Part shown: positions 1 to 9,632 of the stretch, piece after piece
Layout of the letters: each line of letters opens with the position of its first letter
How positions within the stretch are numbered: position 1 is the first letter of the stretch
Assembly: GCA_964585935.1 (NCBI GenBank)
Contig: CAZPFO010000004.1
Location: forward strand, 779-64,778
Source: an uncultured Methanosarcinales archaeon
GTDB taxonomy: Archaea > Nanobdellota > Nanobdellia > Woesearchaeales > GW2011-AR4
Direction: 5' to 3'
DNA length: 64,000 bases
Notes under the pieces: model-generated
What the model saw: the letters and a program-made list of their open reading frames with translations, nothing else
Database searches by the model: none
What the model was told of the DNA's origin: nothing
Made by a program: the position numbers and the translations under genes

Positions 1-19
1 AAGTGAAAGCAAGGTAAAA

Positions 20-343
20 ATGGAAAAAGAAACAGAAGAAAAAATAAGCCAGCTTCAATTGATTGAGCAAAGCCTTCAGAATCTGCTTATTCAAAAACAG
101 CAGTTTCAGTTGCAGGTATCTGAAATAGACGCAGCTTCAAAAGAGCTGGAAACATCTGAAGAAGCATATAAGATAGTGGGCAATATAATGGCTTTGGGAA
201 AAAAAGAAGATTTGCAAAAAGACTTGAAAGAAAAAAAAGAAGTTGTTGAATTAAGAATCAAAAGCTTTGAAAAACAGGAAATGCAGGTAAAAGAAAAAGC
301 CTCAAAACTGCAGGAAGAGATTCTGAAAAAGATAAAAAAGTAA
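20..343 (+). CDS. pfdB: prefoldin beta subunit
   Basis: 107-aa ORF with two long heptad-rich helices flanking a short central segment (AYKIVGNIMA), the size and layout of archaeal prefoldin beta. Sits in a tightly packed operon with rpl40e. Confidence 0.75.
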   Translation: MEKETEEKISQLQLIEQSLQNLLIQKQQFQLQVSEIDAASKELETSEEAYKIVGNIMALGKKEDLQKDLKEKKEVVELRIKSFEKQEMQVKEKASKLQEEILKKIKK

Positions 344-344
344 A

Positions 345-596
345 ATGAGTGATAAAGAAATAGATAGTGTTTTAGAAACCCTTGCAGAACTTGAGGAAGA
401 TACGACTGTTCCAAGAAATGTGAGATTAAAAATACAAGGTATCATAAAAAATTTAAAAGAGAATACTGAAACTTCAATAAAAATAAGCAAAGCCTTAAAC
501 GACATTGATGAAATTGCAGACGATGTCAATCTGCAGTCTTATACCAGAACCCAAATATGGAATGTTGTGAGCATATTGGAGAAAATAAGCAAATAA
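345..596 (+). CDS. UPF0147-family small conserved archaeal protein
   Basis: 83 aa, starts 1 nt after the pfdB stop. Motifs DTTVPRNVR and YTRTQIWNV resemble the conserved archaeal UPF0147 family as I recall it. Confidence 0.55.
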   Translation: MSDKEIDSVLETLAELEEDTTVPRNVRLKIQGIIKNLKENTETSIKISKALNDIDEIADDVNLQSYTRTQIWNVVSILEKISK

Positions 597-597
597 A

Positions 598-759
598 ATG
601 GTTAAGTTCCCGGAAGCTGAAGCAAGAAAATTCAGGAATGTATTTATGTGCAAGAAATGCAAGACTAAGATTAAAGCCCCTAATCTGAAAATCAGCCAAG
701 GCAAGATCAAATGCAGGAGATGCAACAGCCATGCATTCAGGGCTGTTAGGAAGAAGTAA
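598..759 (+). CDS. rpl40e: 50S ribosomal protein L40e
   Basis: Absent from the ORF track (53 aa). ATG 598-600, TAA 757-759, translation MVKFPEAEARKFRNVFMCKKCKTKIKAPNLKISQGKIKCRRCNSHAFRAVRKK. FPEAEAR N-terminus plus a CxxC...CxxC zinc ribbon and basic tail, as in archaeal L40e. Confidence 0.75.
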   Translation: MVKFPEAEARKFRNVFMCKKCKTKIKAPNLKISQGKIKCRRCNSHAFRAVRKK

Positions 760-810
760 TTAATTTCTCAAATAGGAATATTTAAAAAGATACGTTCTTT
801 TTTTATTATT

Positions 811-2097
811 ATGAATCGAAAAGCTAACTTTCTTTTTACTATATTATTTGTAGTTTCATTCTCGTATTTTGCATTCAATAGCTATATTAATTTTGACACT
901 ATGAGCGCTGTCTTATTCTTATTGATCATGGGATTCTTAGTCATTCGGAATAGAAAAATGCTTGATTTCCAGATTCTGCTAAAAATATCTAAGCTGCCAT
1001 TAGTCTACGCAGTATTATGGAAAACTAAATTTGGGTTAAAGTTCATGGATAAAGTAGCCAGCAAATACAGGGAATTAATCAAATTATTGGGATATTGTTT
1101 TGTTGGTTTTGGTTTTTTTGGTATGATCCTTATATCAGTTAATATTATATTTATGTTGTTCAATCTTTTTGTTTCACCAAAGGAAACTTCTCAGGGTATA
1201 GCTTTAGTTTTGCCATTGACAAACATTCCTGGAATAGGGTATCTTTCCTTTTGGTATTTTTTGATAACAATATTTGTAACAGTTTTGATACATGAATTCG
1301 CACATGGAATCGTTGCAAGAGCGCATAACGTGCCTGTAAAATCGAGCGGATTAGGGGTATTCTCTCTGATTCTGCCAATATTTCCCTTGGCCTTTGTTGA
1401 GCCGGATGAGAAAAAACTTCAGAAGGAAAAAGACATTGTCCAATACTCGATATTCTCAGCAGGGCCTATGGTGAATATAATCTTTGCTTTTCTTATTTTG
1501 TTTTTGACCGCACAGGTTATAATTCCTATCGAAAACAATATCACCCATCCAATTGGTTTTTCATTTAATGGTGTAATGGAAGATTATCCTGCAAAAGAAG
1601 CAGGTATGCAGCCAGGAATGATAATCAATGAGGTGAATGGTATTGAGATTTTGACTTATCAGGATTTCTCTGATGAATTAGGAAAACTAAAGCCCGGCCA
1701 GGAATTAACTATAGGAACAACCAGCGAGACATTCAATATAATTACAAAACCTTCTCCGGATGACCCAGAACAAGGGTACATAGGAATCCTTGACATAAGG
1801 AATGAAAGAAGGATCAATGAAAAGCAGAAAGCATTTGGGGGTGTTTTCTTTTGGCTAAGAGGGCTGATAAAATGGTTTTATTTCCTTAATCTTATAATCG
1901 GACTAATGAACCTATTGCCATTGATGGTAACCGATGGTGGCAGAATGCTAAAAACAGCTCTGGAGAAGATATTTACTGACAGTAAGAAAGCAAATAAAGC
2001 ATGGGTTTTTATTGGGGCAATATTCATATTCACCTTATTGTTCGCATTAGCTGTAAGATATAGCTTTGAATTCTTTTCTTTTATTGGGTTTGGTTGA
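811..2097 (+). CDS. site-2 protease family (M50) membrane metalloprotease with PDZ domain
   Basis: Polytopic membrane protein with HEFAHG zinc motif, a central PDZ-like segment (GMQPGMIINEVNG) and the second M50 motif NLLPLMVTDGG. Confidence 0.8.
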   Translation: MNRKANFLFTILFVVSFSYFAFNSYINFDTMSAVLFLLIMGFLVIRNRKMLDFQILLKISKLPLVYAVLWKTKFGLKFMDKVASKYRELIKLLGYCFVGFGFFGMILISVNIIFMLFNLFVSPKETSQGIALVLPLTNIPGIGYLSFWYFLITIFVTVLIHEFAHGIVARAHNVPVKSSGLGVFSLILPIFPLAFVEPDEKKLQKEKDIVQYSIFSAGPMVNIIFAFLILFLTAQVIIPIENNITHPIGFSFNGVMEDYPAKEAGMQPGMIINEVNGIEILTYQDFSDELGKLKPGQELTIGTTSETFNIITKPSPDDPEQGYIGILDIRNERRINEKQKAFGGVFFWLRGLIKWFYFLNLIIGLMNLLPLMVTDGGRMLKTALEKIFTDSKKANKAWVFIGAIFIFTLLFALAVRYSFEFFSFIGFG

Positions 2098-2140
2098 TTT
2101 ATATGAAGATTTAAATATAAACTAAAAAAACATTATTATT

Positions 2141-2830
2141 ATGCTCTCTATAATTTTAATGGAACCAGAACTCTCGGAAAATGTCGGCTTTGTAGCCAGA
2201 GCCATGAAAAACTTTGATTTTAAAGACCTTATTCTAATCAACCCTAAATGCAATCTTGATAAAGCAATAAAAACAGCAAAGCACGGCGAAGACATTATCA
2301 AAAAAGCAAAAATTAAAAAATTTGACTATCTAAAAAGATTTGATTATTTAATTGGTACAACAGCCATATTAGGAACTGATTATAACACCCCGAGAAACCC
2401 CATCAATCCCGAACAACTATCTGAAAAATTATCAAATATAAACTCAAAAAAAATAAAAACAGCATTATTGATTGGGAGGGATGGCTCTGGGCTGAATAAC
2501 AAAGAAATAAACATGTGCGATATCTTAGTAACAATCCCTGCTTCAAAAAAATACCCTACCCTAAATGTAAGCCATGCTTCTGTAATTTTATTCTATGAGT
2601 TATCTAAAAATAAAAAAAATAAATCTAATGAGCACATAAACTTCGCAACAAAAAAAGAAAAAGAGGTAATTTCAGATTATATAAACAAAGTATTGAACAG
2701 ATTAGAATTCAAAACAAAAGAAAAAAAAGACACCCAGAAAAAAGTCTGGAAAAGGATCATTGGCAAGGCCTTATTGACTAAAAGAGAAGCATTCTCTGTT
2801 ATGGGATTTTTTAGGAAAATAATAAAATAG
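2141..2830 (+). CDS. SpoU/TrmH-family RNA 2'-O-methyltransferase (TrmJ-like)
   Basis: N-terminal PELSENVGFVARAMKNF, then LLIGRDGSGL and IPASKKYPTLNVSHASVILFYEL. These match the SPOUT class motifs. Confidence 0.7.
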   Translation: MLSIILMEPELSENVGFVARAMKNFDFKDLILINPKCNLDKAIKTAKHGEDIIKKAKIKKFDYLKRFDYLIGTTAILGTDYNTPRNPINPEQLSEKLSNINSKKIKTALLIGRDGSGLNNKEINMCDILVTIPASKKYPTLNVSHASVILFYELSKNKKNKSNEHINFATKKEKEVISDYINKVLNRLEFKTKEKKDTQKKVWKRIIGKALLTKREAFSVMGFFRKIIK

Positions 2831-2844
2831 AATTATTTAACATT

Positions 2845-3159
2845 TCACTTCTTCTTCTCAAAATATTCCCTAGCCCTATCATTCCCAACAGCTTTTGCCT
2901 TATCTCCTAAAGCATAATAAATCTTCTCAGCTTCGCCCCCCCAGGAATAGTTTCCTTTTTCTTTCTCTATTTTATCTACTTTAAACTCCCCTAAATCAGT
3001 CCCTTTCTTGAGATGATAGTAGATGGACCTCATAGTTACTTTTGGAAAAATATTAATGTAAGCCTTATAGATCTCATAGCCATACCCTCTTTTCATAAAA
3101 TAAAGAATCTCGACTATATTCTGCCTTATCTCTGATTTTATTGGTCTTCCCCTTGGCAT
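2845..3159 (-). CDS. PadR-like winged-helix transcriptional regulator
   Basis: 104 aa. The pattern ILYFMKRGYGYEIYK...RSIYYHLKKG...KIYYALGDKA matches the PadR wHTH layout. Confidence 0.5.
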   Translation of the reverse strand: MPRGRPIKSEIRQNIVEILYFMKRGYGYEIYKAYINIFPKVTMRSIYYHLKKGTDLGEFKVDKIEKEKGNYSWGGEAEKIYYALGDKAKAVGNDRAREYFEKKK

Positions 3160-3274
3160 TTGAACACCCCTTTAAGTTTCTAAAAATTTTTATCTTTATA
3201 TAGTTTTCTATATTGAAAAAAAAGAAGAAAAACAGGCATATTTATATACAATAAAAAATAAACAATAGGACAGT

Positions 3275-3871
3275 ATGGCAAAAATAAAGATAGTCATTTT
3301 AGGGATAGGCATTGCAATAGTTTTAGCCTTCTTTATAGGGTATGGAATTGACACATTCTACAAAAATCCAAAATATGAAGACTTCTGTGGTGAACGAGGA
3401 TTCAAAACTTATGATAATCAGAAAGAATGTGAAGATAAGGGTGGCAAGTGGACTCAGTTTGAAGAAAGAGCAATACCAATAAAACCAGTTGAGATTAGCC
3501 AGTATTCATGCACAAAATCCTTTGAAAAAGAAGATGGAACTTTTGATTTTAATTGCCAATTAACCACTGAAAAAGATACTGGCCATTGCGAGATAGACTT
3601 TTACTGCAGAGAAGAATATAATAATGCAAGGGATGTTTACAACAGGAATGTTTTTGTAATCAGTATAATTCTTGGATTGATTGCAATTATTGCCGGAACA
3701 TACCTAAATCTTACATCAGTCTCTGCCGGAATAATGGGCGGCGGAGTCTTGGCGATTATCTATGGCTCACTAAGGTACTGGGCAGATATGAACGAATACT
3801 TTAGGTTCACAATATTAGCAATTGCATTAGGAGTTCTGGTATGGATAGGGTATAAGAAGTTTAAGAAATAA
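3275..3871 (+). CDS. membrane protein with Cys-rich ectodomain, function unknown
   Basis: N-terminal TM helix, a roughly 100-aa Cys-containing hydrophilic domain, then three C-terminal TM helices. No recognisable family. Confidence 0.4.
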   Translation: MAKIKIVILGIGIAIVLAFFIGYGIDTFYKNPKYEDFCGERGFKTYDNQKECEDKGGKWTQFEERAIPIKPVEISQYSCTKSFEKEDGTFDFNCQLTTEKDTGHCEIDFYCREEYNNARDVYNRNVFVISIILGLIAIIAGTYLNLTSVSAGIMGGGVLAIIYGSLRYWADMNEYFRFTILAIALGVLVWIGYKKFKK

Positions 3872-3876
3872 AGTGA

Positions 3877-4245
3877 TTAACCTCCATCATAATCAAATCC
3901 CCACTTCTCTAAATCTCTCTTAATATATTCTTTTTGCAAGTCATAAACAGTTGTATAAAGATAATCCTGGTGCCATAATCCAAATGAGGATATATTCTTT
4001 TGAATTGATTTAATAAGATCCATTGGCTCTATTCGCGGTTTTGTCATAAAAAACAGAAAAAACATTGAATCATAAACTTTTATTGTAATATCAATCAATT
4101 CAAATTTATTAGAAATAGCATTTAAAGCGTTTCTTAACCCTTCTTTATTTTTTATGATTTCTCCATCAGCGATTTTATGTGCATAAAGGTAGCCACCTTG
4201 ACAAACACACGAACTGAATTTATAGGTTTTTCTCACCGTTATCAT
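3877..4245 (-). CDS. hypothetical protein, IS200/TnpA-like fold lacking the HUH histidines (tentative)
   Basis: By eye, ELIDITIKVYDSMFFLFFMTKP...DLIKSIQKNISS...LWHQDYLYTTVY...EYIKRD parallels the Y1-transposase order (beta strand, DHxHxL, KxxKGxSS, LW..sYf..TvG, YIxNQ). The two His residues are replaced. Confidence 0.3.
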   Translation of the reverse strand: MITVRKTYKFSSCVCQGGYLYAHKIADGEIIKNKEGLRNALNAISNKFELIDITIKVYDSMFFLFFMTKPRIEPMDLIKSIQKNISSFGLWHQDYLYTTVYDLQKEYIKRDLEKWGFDYDGG

Positions 4246-4504
4246 CCGATATTTTGGTATAATCTACTATAAAATCCCTATCCTGAAGCGGCCTATCTGA
4301 TTGCAAGAATAAATTGCTTATCAAGACAGTACTGCATTTTTTGCAAACTCCGTAAATAATCCATGAAATAATATTTTTCTCATCGTCTTTTACATCGGCT
4401 ATCCTCATATCCATATTCTTTCCGCATTTATGTTTGCCAGCCATTATTCTGATTTCAGCCATTTTTATGCCAATTAATTGACTCCAATATCCGTTGTATT
4501 GCAA
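4220..4504 (-). CDS. hypothetical small protein with Cys pairs
   Basis: ORF overlapping both neighbours, with HKCGKN...CKKCS. The likely true start is the internal MAEIR Met. No family recognised. Confidence 0.3.
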   Translation of the reverse strand: MQYNGYWSQLIGIKMAEIRIMAGKHKCGKNMDMRIADVKDDEKNIISWIIYGVCKKCSTVLISNLFLQSDRPLQDRDFIVDYTKISDDNGEKNL

Positions 4505-4979
4505 TATCTAAATGTTCCCTTTCCTGAATCTGCATTATTCCCTTAAATTCTCTTAATTTATTGTATCTATTGAAAACCTCCTCTGCAAAATCATTGACAT
4601 GTATCTTTTTCTTTTTTCTCCGATTATAGTCTTTTGAAAGAGTCAATAAATCTTCAGATTCAATATGCAGCAATTCGTGTATTAATATATTTTGCACAAT
4701 TTCCTTTCTTAAAGCGATATTTTTTATTTTTTGCAAATCCTGATTGATTAAAATCTTAAACTCTTTGGGTTTCAGCCTTCTTTTTTGCACATTATTTGAT
4801 TCCCCAAGAATTAAAGCCTCGGCATCAAAATCCAGCTTTTGCTCAATCTTAGACTTAACACAGCCTAAACTCTTTCTGCTCATTTTTTTATATTCTGTAG
4901 AAATCTTCTTCCTGCCAAGATTAGGAAAGACTTCTTTTACTTCGTTTAGCCATTCGGTGCACTCGTTTTTATTTATCAT
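4455..4979 (-). CDS. HExxH zinc metallopeptidase-like protein (SprT/YgjP-DUF45-like)
   Basis: LGCVKSK...ILINQDL...ILIHELLHIES resembles the wGsC...HELxH arrangement of DUF45/SprT-type peptidases. Confidence 0.45.
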   Translation of the reverse strand: MINKNECTEWLNEVKEVFPNLGRKKISTEYKKMSRKSLGCVKSKIEQKLDFDAEALILGESNNVQKRRLKPKEFKILINQDLQKIKNIALRKEIVQNILIHELLHIESEDLLTLSKDYNRRKKKKIHVNDFAEEVFNRYNKLREFKGIMQIQEREHLDIAIQRILESINWHKNG

Positions 4980-5322
4980 CTCCGCTTACCCCTTCAGTTT
5001 CTTCGATAGTTTTAATAATGAATTTTATTGCTTTATCTTTTCTCATTTTGTGTACCCTTTCTTCCTTCAATTCAACTAAAAGAACTTCTTTTGAATACAT
5101 AAATCCCATAAATACGATTAAAAATCCAATTAATATCATATAAATAAAAATACCGGGTCCAAAATAATTCCCATTGGCTGCTTCAGAAATAAATTGAAAA
5201 AGTCCAACAAATAGCGAAACAATGAAGCTAACCATAAATGCTTGGAATAATCCTGTATTTCTACGTAATTGGTATAGTTTTGCTCCTTTAATTTCTTTTA
5301 ATATTTTTTCTGGGTCTCTCAT
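4969..5322 (-). CDS. small two-TM membrane protein
   Basis: 117 aa with two clear hydrophobic helices. First gene of an overlapping four-gene minus-strand string. Confidence 0.4.
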   Translation of the reverse strand: MRDPEKILKEIKGAKLYQLRRNTGLFQAFMVSFIVSLFVGLFQFISEAANGNYFGPGIFIYMILIGFLIVFMGFMYSKEVLLVELKEERVHKMRKDKAIKFIIKTIEETEGVSGDDK

Positions 5323-5402
5323 AATGAATATTAATTATTAAATATTTAAATAACTTTCTCAACAAAACTAATTAATCCTTAGCCTCCTAGAATATCCCGT
5401 GC

Positions 5403-7793
5403 TCAATGCTTCTTCCTTCTCAATTTTTTCTCAGCTTCCAACACACTCAAAGTAGTCTTAATAACAGCATCTGGGCTTAAAGACATAGAATCAATTCCGC
5501 AAGAAACTAAAAACTGTGCAAACTCAGGGAATGAACTCGGAGCATCGCCGCAGATCCCAATCTTCTTCTTATTCTTCTTAGCAGTTTTTATAACAGATGC
5601 TATAAGTGTCTTAACAGCCATATTCCTCTCATCATAAATATGGCTTACAAGTTCCGAATCCCTGTCAAGGCCTAAAGTCAGCTGGGTTAAATCATTGCTG
5701 CCTATAGAAAACCCATCAAATATCTTGCTAAACTCATCAGCTAAAACAACATTTGACGGAATCTCGCACATCACATAAACCTCAAGTCCGTTTTTACCTC
5801 TCTTCAGGCCATTCTTCTCCATCTCCTTCAAAACCTTTTTACCTTCTTCAACAGTCCTGCAGAAAGGCACCATTATCTTCACGTTCCTCAATCCCATTTC
5901 ATCCCTTACTTTCCTAAATGCCTTGCATTCAAGAGCAAAGGCCCCTTTATAAGCCTCAGAATAATACCTTGAAGCTCCTCTCCAACCAATCATGGGATTA
6001 TCCTCCACAGGTTCAAACTCCTTGCCGCCAATTAGATTAGCATACTCATTTGACTTAAAATCAGATGTCCTTACAATGACATCCCGTGGATAAAAAGCAG
6101 CTCCTAGCATAGCTATGCCCTGGCTTAACCTGTCAACAAAAAAATCAGCTTTATCCTTATAGCCGGAAGTCATTTCTTCTATTTTCTTCTTGGCTTTTTT
6201 ATCCTTTAATTTACCAAAATTAAGCAATGCCAAAGGATGAATTTTTATGTACTCATTGATTATAAATTCCTCGCGAGCTAAACCAACACCCTCATTTGGG
6301 ATAAAGCTGAACTCAAAAGCCTGCTCCGGGTTCCCTAAGTTCATCATTATTTTTGTCTTTGGCTTTTTCAGTTTCTTCAGATTAGTTCTCCTGATTTTAT
6401 ATTTCATCAGTCCATTATAAACAAAGCCTTTTTCGCCCTCTGCGCAGCTTACAGTTATTTTTTGATTATTTTTTATTTTTTGGGTTCCATTATTAGTTCC
6501 AACGATACATGGAACTCCTAATTCCCTGGCCACAATTGCTGCATGGCAGGTTCTCCCGCCCCTGTTAGTTACAATAGCAGAAGCAATTTTCATAATAGGT
6601 TCCCAGTCAGGGTCTGTCATGTCTGTAACCAAAACCTCCCCTTTCTTAAATTTGTGAATATCATGAACATTCTTTATTATATTTGCTGAGCCTTGCCCAA
6701 TCTTGTCTCCTGTACTCAATCCTGAAACAACCACCTTCCCTTTTTCCTGCAGAATATATTCTTCCAGGACATCCTTTTTTTTCTGGCTCTGTACAGTCTC
6801 TGGCCTTGCCTGCACAATAAACAGCTTATTCGTCTTTCCGTCTTTTGCCCACTCCATATCCATTGGTTTTTTGTAATGCTCCTCAATAATGCATGACCAC
6901 TTTGCCAGCAGCATGATCTCATTATCACTTAAAACAAACTTATTCCTCTCATCCTCGGTAGCCCTTATATTTTTAGTTCCGCTCTTGGAATATATCATCT
7001 TCAGCCTCTTTGCCCCTAACTTTTTACTAATTACAGCATTAAATCCCTTCTGCAAAGTCGGCTTGAAAACATAGAACTGGTCCGGATTCACAGTTCCCTG
7101 CACTATATTCTCTCCCAAACCCCAGCTGCCATTTATCAAAACAGCGTCCTTAAAACCAGTCTCAGTATCAATTGAAAACATAACGCCACTGCTAGCTAAG
7201 TCACTCCTCACCATTTTCTCTACGCCGATAGACAACGCAACCTTAAAATGGTTGAATTTTTTGTCCACTCTGTAAGATATAGCCCTGTTTGTGAATAAAG
7301 AAGCAAAACATTTTTTGCAGGACTTGATCAAATTTTCCTCTCCTTTAACATCAAGAAAAGTTTCCTGCTGCCCTGCAAAACTTGCATCAGGCAAATCCTC
7401 TGCTGTAGCACTTGAGCGTACTGCAACATCAGCATTCTTACCATATTTACTGCATAGTTTTACATAAGCCTTCTTTATTGATCTTTCTAATTCCTTAGGA
7501 AACTCCGCACCTAATATAAGCTCCCTCACTTCCTTGCCCCTTTTAGCCAAATCTCTTACATCACTTGTATCCAGTCCAGAAAGAGTTTTTCTTATTTTAT
7601 TTCTTATTTTAGCCTTATCTAACAGGTACCTGTAAGCATAAGCAGTCACAGCAAAACCATCCGGAACATTGACTCCCTTCTTAGTCAGATTCCTGTACAT
7701 CTCCCCGAGAGAAGCATTCTTGCCACCTACAAATGGGATGTCTTTTATCGCCAAATCCTTGAACCAAAGAATAAATTTTTTACTTTTATTCAA
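5403..7793 (-). CDS. ppsA: phosphoenolpyruvate synthase (pyruvate, water dikinase)
   Basis: 796 aa. N-terminal GGKNASLGEM ATP-grasp, phosphohistidine swivel motif TNRGGRTCHAAIVARELGVPCIVG, and a C-terminal PEP-utilising TIM barrel (GSNDLTQ). Confidence 0.92.
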   Translation of the reverse strand: MNKSKKFILWFKDLAIKDIPFVGGKNASLGEMYRNLTKKGVNVPDGFAVTAYAYRYLLDKAKIRNKIRKTLSGLDTSDVRDLAKRGKEVRELILGAEFPKELERSIKKAYVKLCSKYGKNADVAVRSSATAEDLPDASFAGQQETFLDVKGEENLIKSCKKCFASLFTNRAISYRVDKKFNHFKVALSIGVEKMVRSDLASSGVMFSIDTETGFKDAVLINGSWGLGENIVQGTVNPDQFYVFKPTLQKGFNAVISKKLGAKRLKMIYSKSGTKNIRATEDERNKFVLSDNEIMLLAKWSCIIEEHYKKPMDMEWAKDGKTNKLFIVQARPETVQSQKKKDVLEEYILQEKGKVVVSGLSTGDKIGQGSANIIKNVHDIHKFKKGEVLVTDMTDPDWEPIMKIASAIVTNRGGRTCHAAIVARELGVPCIVGTNNGTQKIKNNQKITVSCAEGEKGFVYNGLMKYKIRRTNLKKLKKPKTKIMMNLGNPEQAFEFSFIPNEGVGLAREEFIINEYIKIHPLALLNFGKLKDKKAKKKIEEMTSGYKDKADFFVDRLSQGIAMLGAAFYPRDVIVRTSDFKSNEYANLIGGKEFEPVEDNPMIGWRGASRYYSEAYKGAFALECKAFRKVRDEMGLRNVKIMVPFCRTVEEGKKVLKEMEKNGLKRGKNGLEVYVMCEIPSNVVLADEFSKIFDGFSIGSNDLTQLTLGLDRDSELVSHIYDERNMAVKTLIASVIKTAKKNKKKIGICGDAPSSFPEFAQFLVSCGIDSMSLSPDAVIKTTLSVLEAEKKLRRKKH

Positions 7794-8015
7794 AAAATCA
7801 CCTTTTTTATTTTTAAACTGTTATATCAGTTACTGTTTATTAAAGTTTTTGTTTTTGTTAAGCATTTATTTTTTACAGATATTAATGATTTTCTTAATCA
7901 ACAATAAAAAGATATTAAAAGGGTAAAGGCAGTATAAATTACGATTAAAATCAACAATCAAAAAGAAAGGCTGATTGAATATTGGCAATCCTCCAATATC
8001 ATAAAAGATAAAAGA

Positions 8016-8588
8016 TTGATAGAAGTATTCAAAGCTATACCCAGGGAAAATTTCATCCCAAAAGAATATCTAAGCGAATCATATGGTGATTATCCCCTGC
8101 CAATTAAAGAAGAGCAAACTATTTCCCAGCCAACTACTGTAATGATTATGACAGGAGCATTAGAGCTAAAAGAAGGCGAAAAAGTCCTTGAAGTTGGGGC
8201 AGGCTCTGGCTACCAGGCAGCAATAATCTCAAAAATGGTGGGAAGAAAAGGAAAAGTGGTCACAACAGAGATAATACCCGGACTGGCTGAGTTTGCCAGA
8301 GAGAATATCGAAAAATTAAAAATAAAAAATGTGAAAATAGTGAATTATGATGGCAGCCAGGGATATAAAAAGGAATCCCCCTATGATAAATGTATAATAA
8401 CAGCTGCTTGCCCTGAAATTCCAGAACCGATTATAAAACAGCTAAAAGAGAACGGAATCATTATAGCTCCTGTAGGCGATCTTTTAGGCCAGCAGATGAT
8501 AAAAGGAATAAAAAAGAAAGGAAAACTTGAAAAAAAATCTCTTGGAAACTTTATGTTTGTTCCTTTGAAAGGGAAGCATGGCTACTAG
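8016..8588 (+). CDS. pcm: protein-L-isoaspartate O-methyltransferase
   Basis: PRENFIP, TISQP and the SAM motif LEVGAGSGYQAA. Pcm-like residues (KERLIEYWQSSNIIKDKRL) continue upstream in frame to 7938, so the true start is probably upstream of the tracked TTG. Confidence 0.85.
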   Translation: MIEVFKAIPRENFIPKEYLSESYGDYPLPIKEEQTISQPTTVMIMTGALELKEGEKVLEVGAGSGYQAAIISKMVGRKGKVVTTEIIPGLAEFARENIEKLKIKNVKIVNYDGSQGYKKESPYDKCIITAACPEIPEPIIKQLKENGIIIAPVGDLLGQQMIKGIKKKGKLEKKSLGNFMFVPLKGKHGY

Positions 8589-9568
8589 ATTCTCTTCTTC
8601 ATGACCTTTATAGGACTCTTCCTTAAAACATCCAGAATCTCTTTATAACTCAGAAGCTTATTCTTAGCTCCATGATGGGTTATAACAGACTCTGCGTTAG
8701 TCATGCCTAGTTTAATGGCAAACTCAACATTATTCTTCTTTATGATTCCTGATAAAAACGAAGCAGCAAATGCATCCCCTGCTCCTGTTGTCTCAACAAC
8801 CTTGATACTATGCGCTTTCGCAGAATAAACGCACCTGCCGTCAAAAGCAAAAACACCTGCTTTCCCGCACGTTATAACAGCTATCTTAGGGCCTAATTTC
8901 GCCAGTTTTCTTAACATGCCTTTAATATCTCCGGAGCCGGCTAAAAGCCCTGCTTCATGTTTATTTAAAACCAAAATTTCAGTATTAGATAAAACAGTCT
9001 TCAAGTAATTGCTGCCTTTTTCAGCAAGGTAAGAGCTGGGATTAAAGACAATTTTTATATTATTTTTTTCAGCATAACTGCTGAGCTTCTCCAAAGTTTT
9101 AAAAGACTCTCCAAGCATGGAGGAAAAATAAAACCACTTTGTTTTCAATTTTCTTAAAGGGAGTTCATTGAATTTTAGTTCATCATTGCAGCCTTTATAC
9201 ACAAGTATGGTTCTATCATGTTTTAGGTTATCCAGAATCATTGAGTAGCCGCTGCACCCCCCTTTTTTAGCAAGTATAAGGTCTATTCTTTGTGTTTTTA
9301 AGTCATTAATTATAAAATCTGCATTAGTATCTTCACCAATCTTGCCAAGATACGCAACTTTATGCCCTAGCTTAGACAGAGTGGCAGCTGTATTTGTTCC
9401 GCCGCCGCCAGTTGTAAAGTTCAGCTCCTCAATGAGTATTTTAGAGCCAGAAGGATATGCCAACAGGTGCTCTTCACCAGTAGGGCTGATTATCTTTATT
9501 AGTTCAGAAAACTTTGTCCTTGCAAAAACATCTACAGTATTGCTGCCAACAGTAATTGCATCATACAT
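8585..9568 (-). CDS. PfkB-family carbohydrate/nucleoside kinase
   Basis: N-terminal GGGGTN di-Gly region and C-terminal TTGAGDAFAASFLSG PfkB signature. Overlaps the pcm stop by 4 nt, convergently. Confidence 0.8.
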   Translation of the reverse strand: MYDAITVGSNTVDVFARTKFSELIKIISPTGEEHLLAYPSGSKILIEELNFTTGGGGTNTAATLSKLGHKVAYLGKIGEDTNADFIINDLKTQRIDLILAKKGGCSGYSMILDNLKHDRTILVYKGCNDELKFNELPLRKLKTKWFYFSSMLGESFKTLEKLSSYAEKNNIKIVFNPSSYLAEKGSNYLKTVLSNTEILVLNKHEAGLLAGSGDIKGMLRKLAKLGPKIAVITCGKAGVFAFDGRCVYSAKAHSIKVVETTGAGDAFAASFLSGIIKKNNVEFAIKLGMTNAESVITHHGAKNKLLSYKEILDVLRKSPIKVMKKRI

Positions 9569-9632
9569 CTTAATCTAGAAAATTACTTGTATGTTTATAT
9601 ACTTTTTCAAAAAAAAGAAAAAAAGAAAAAAA

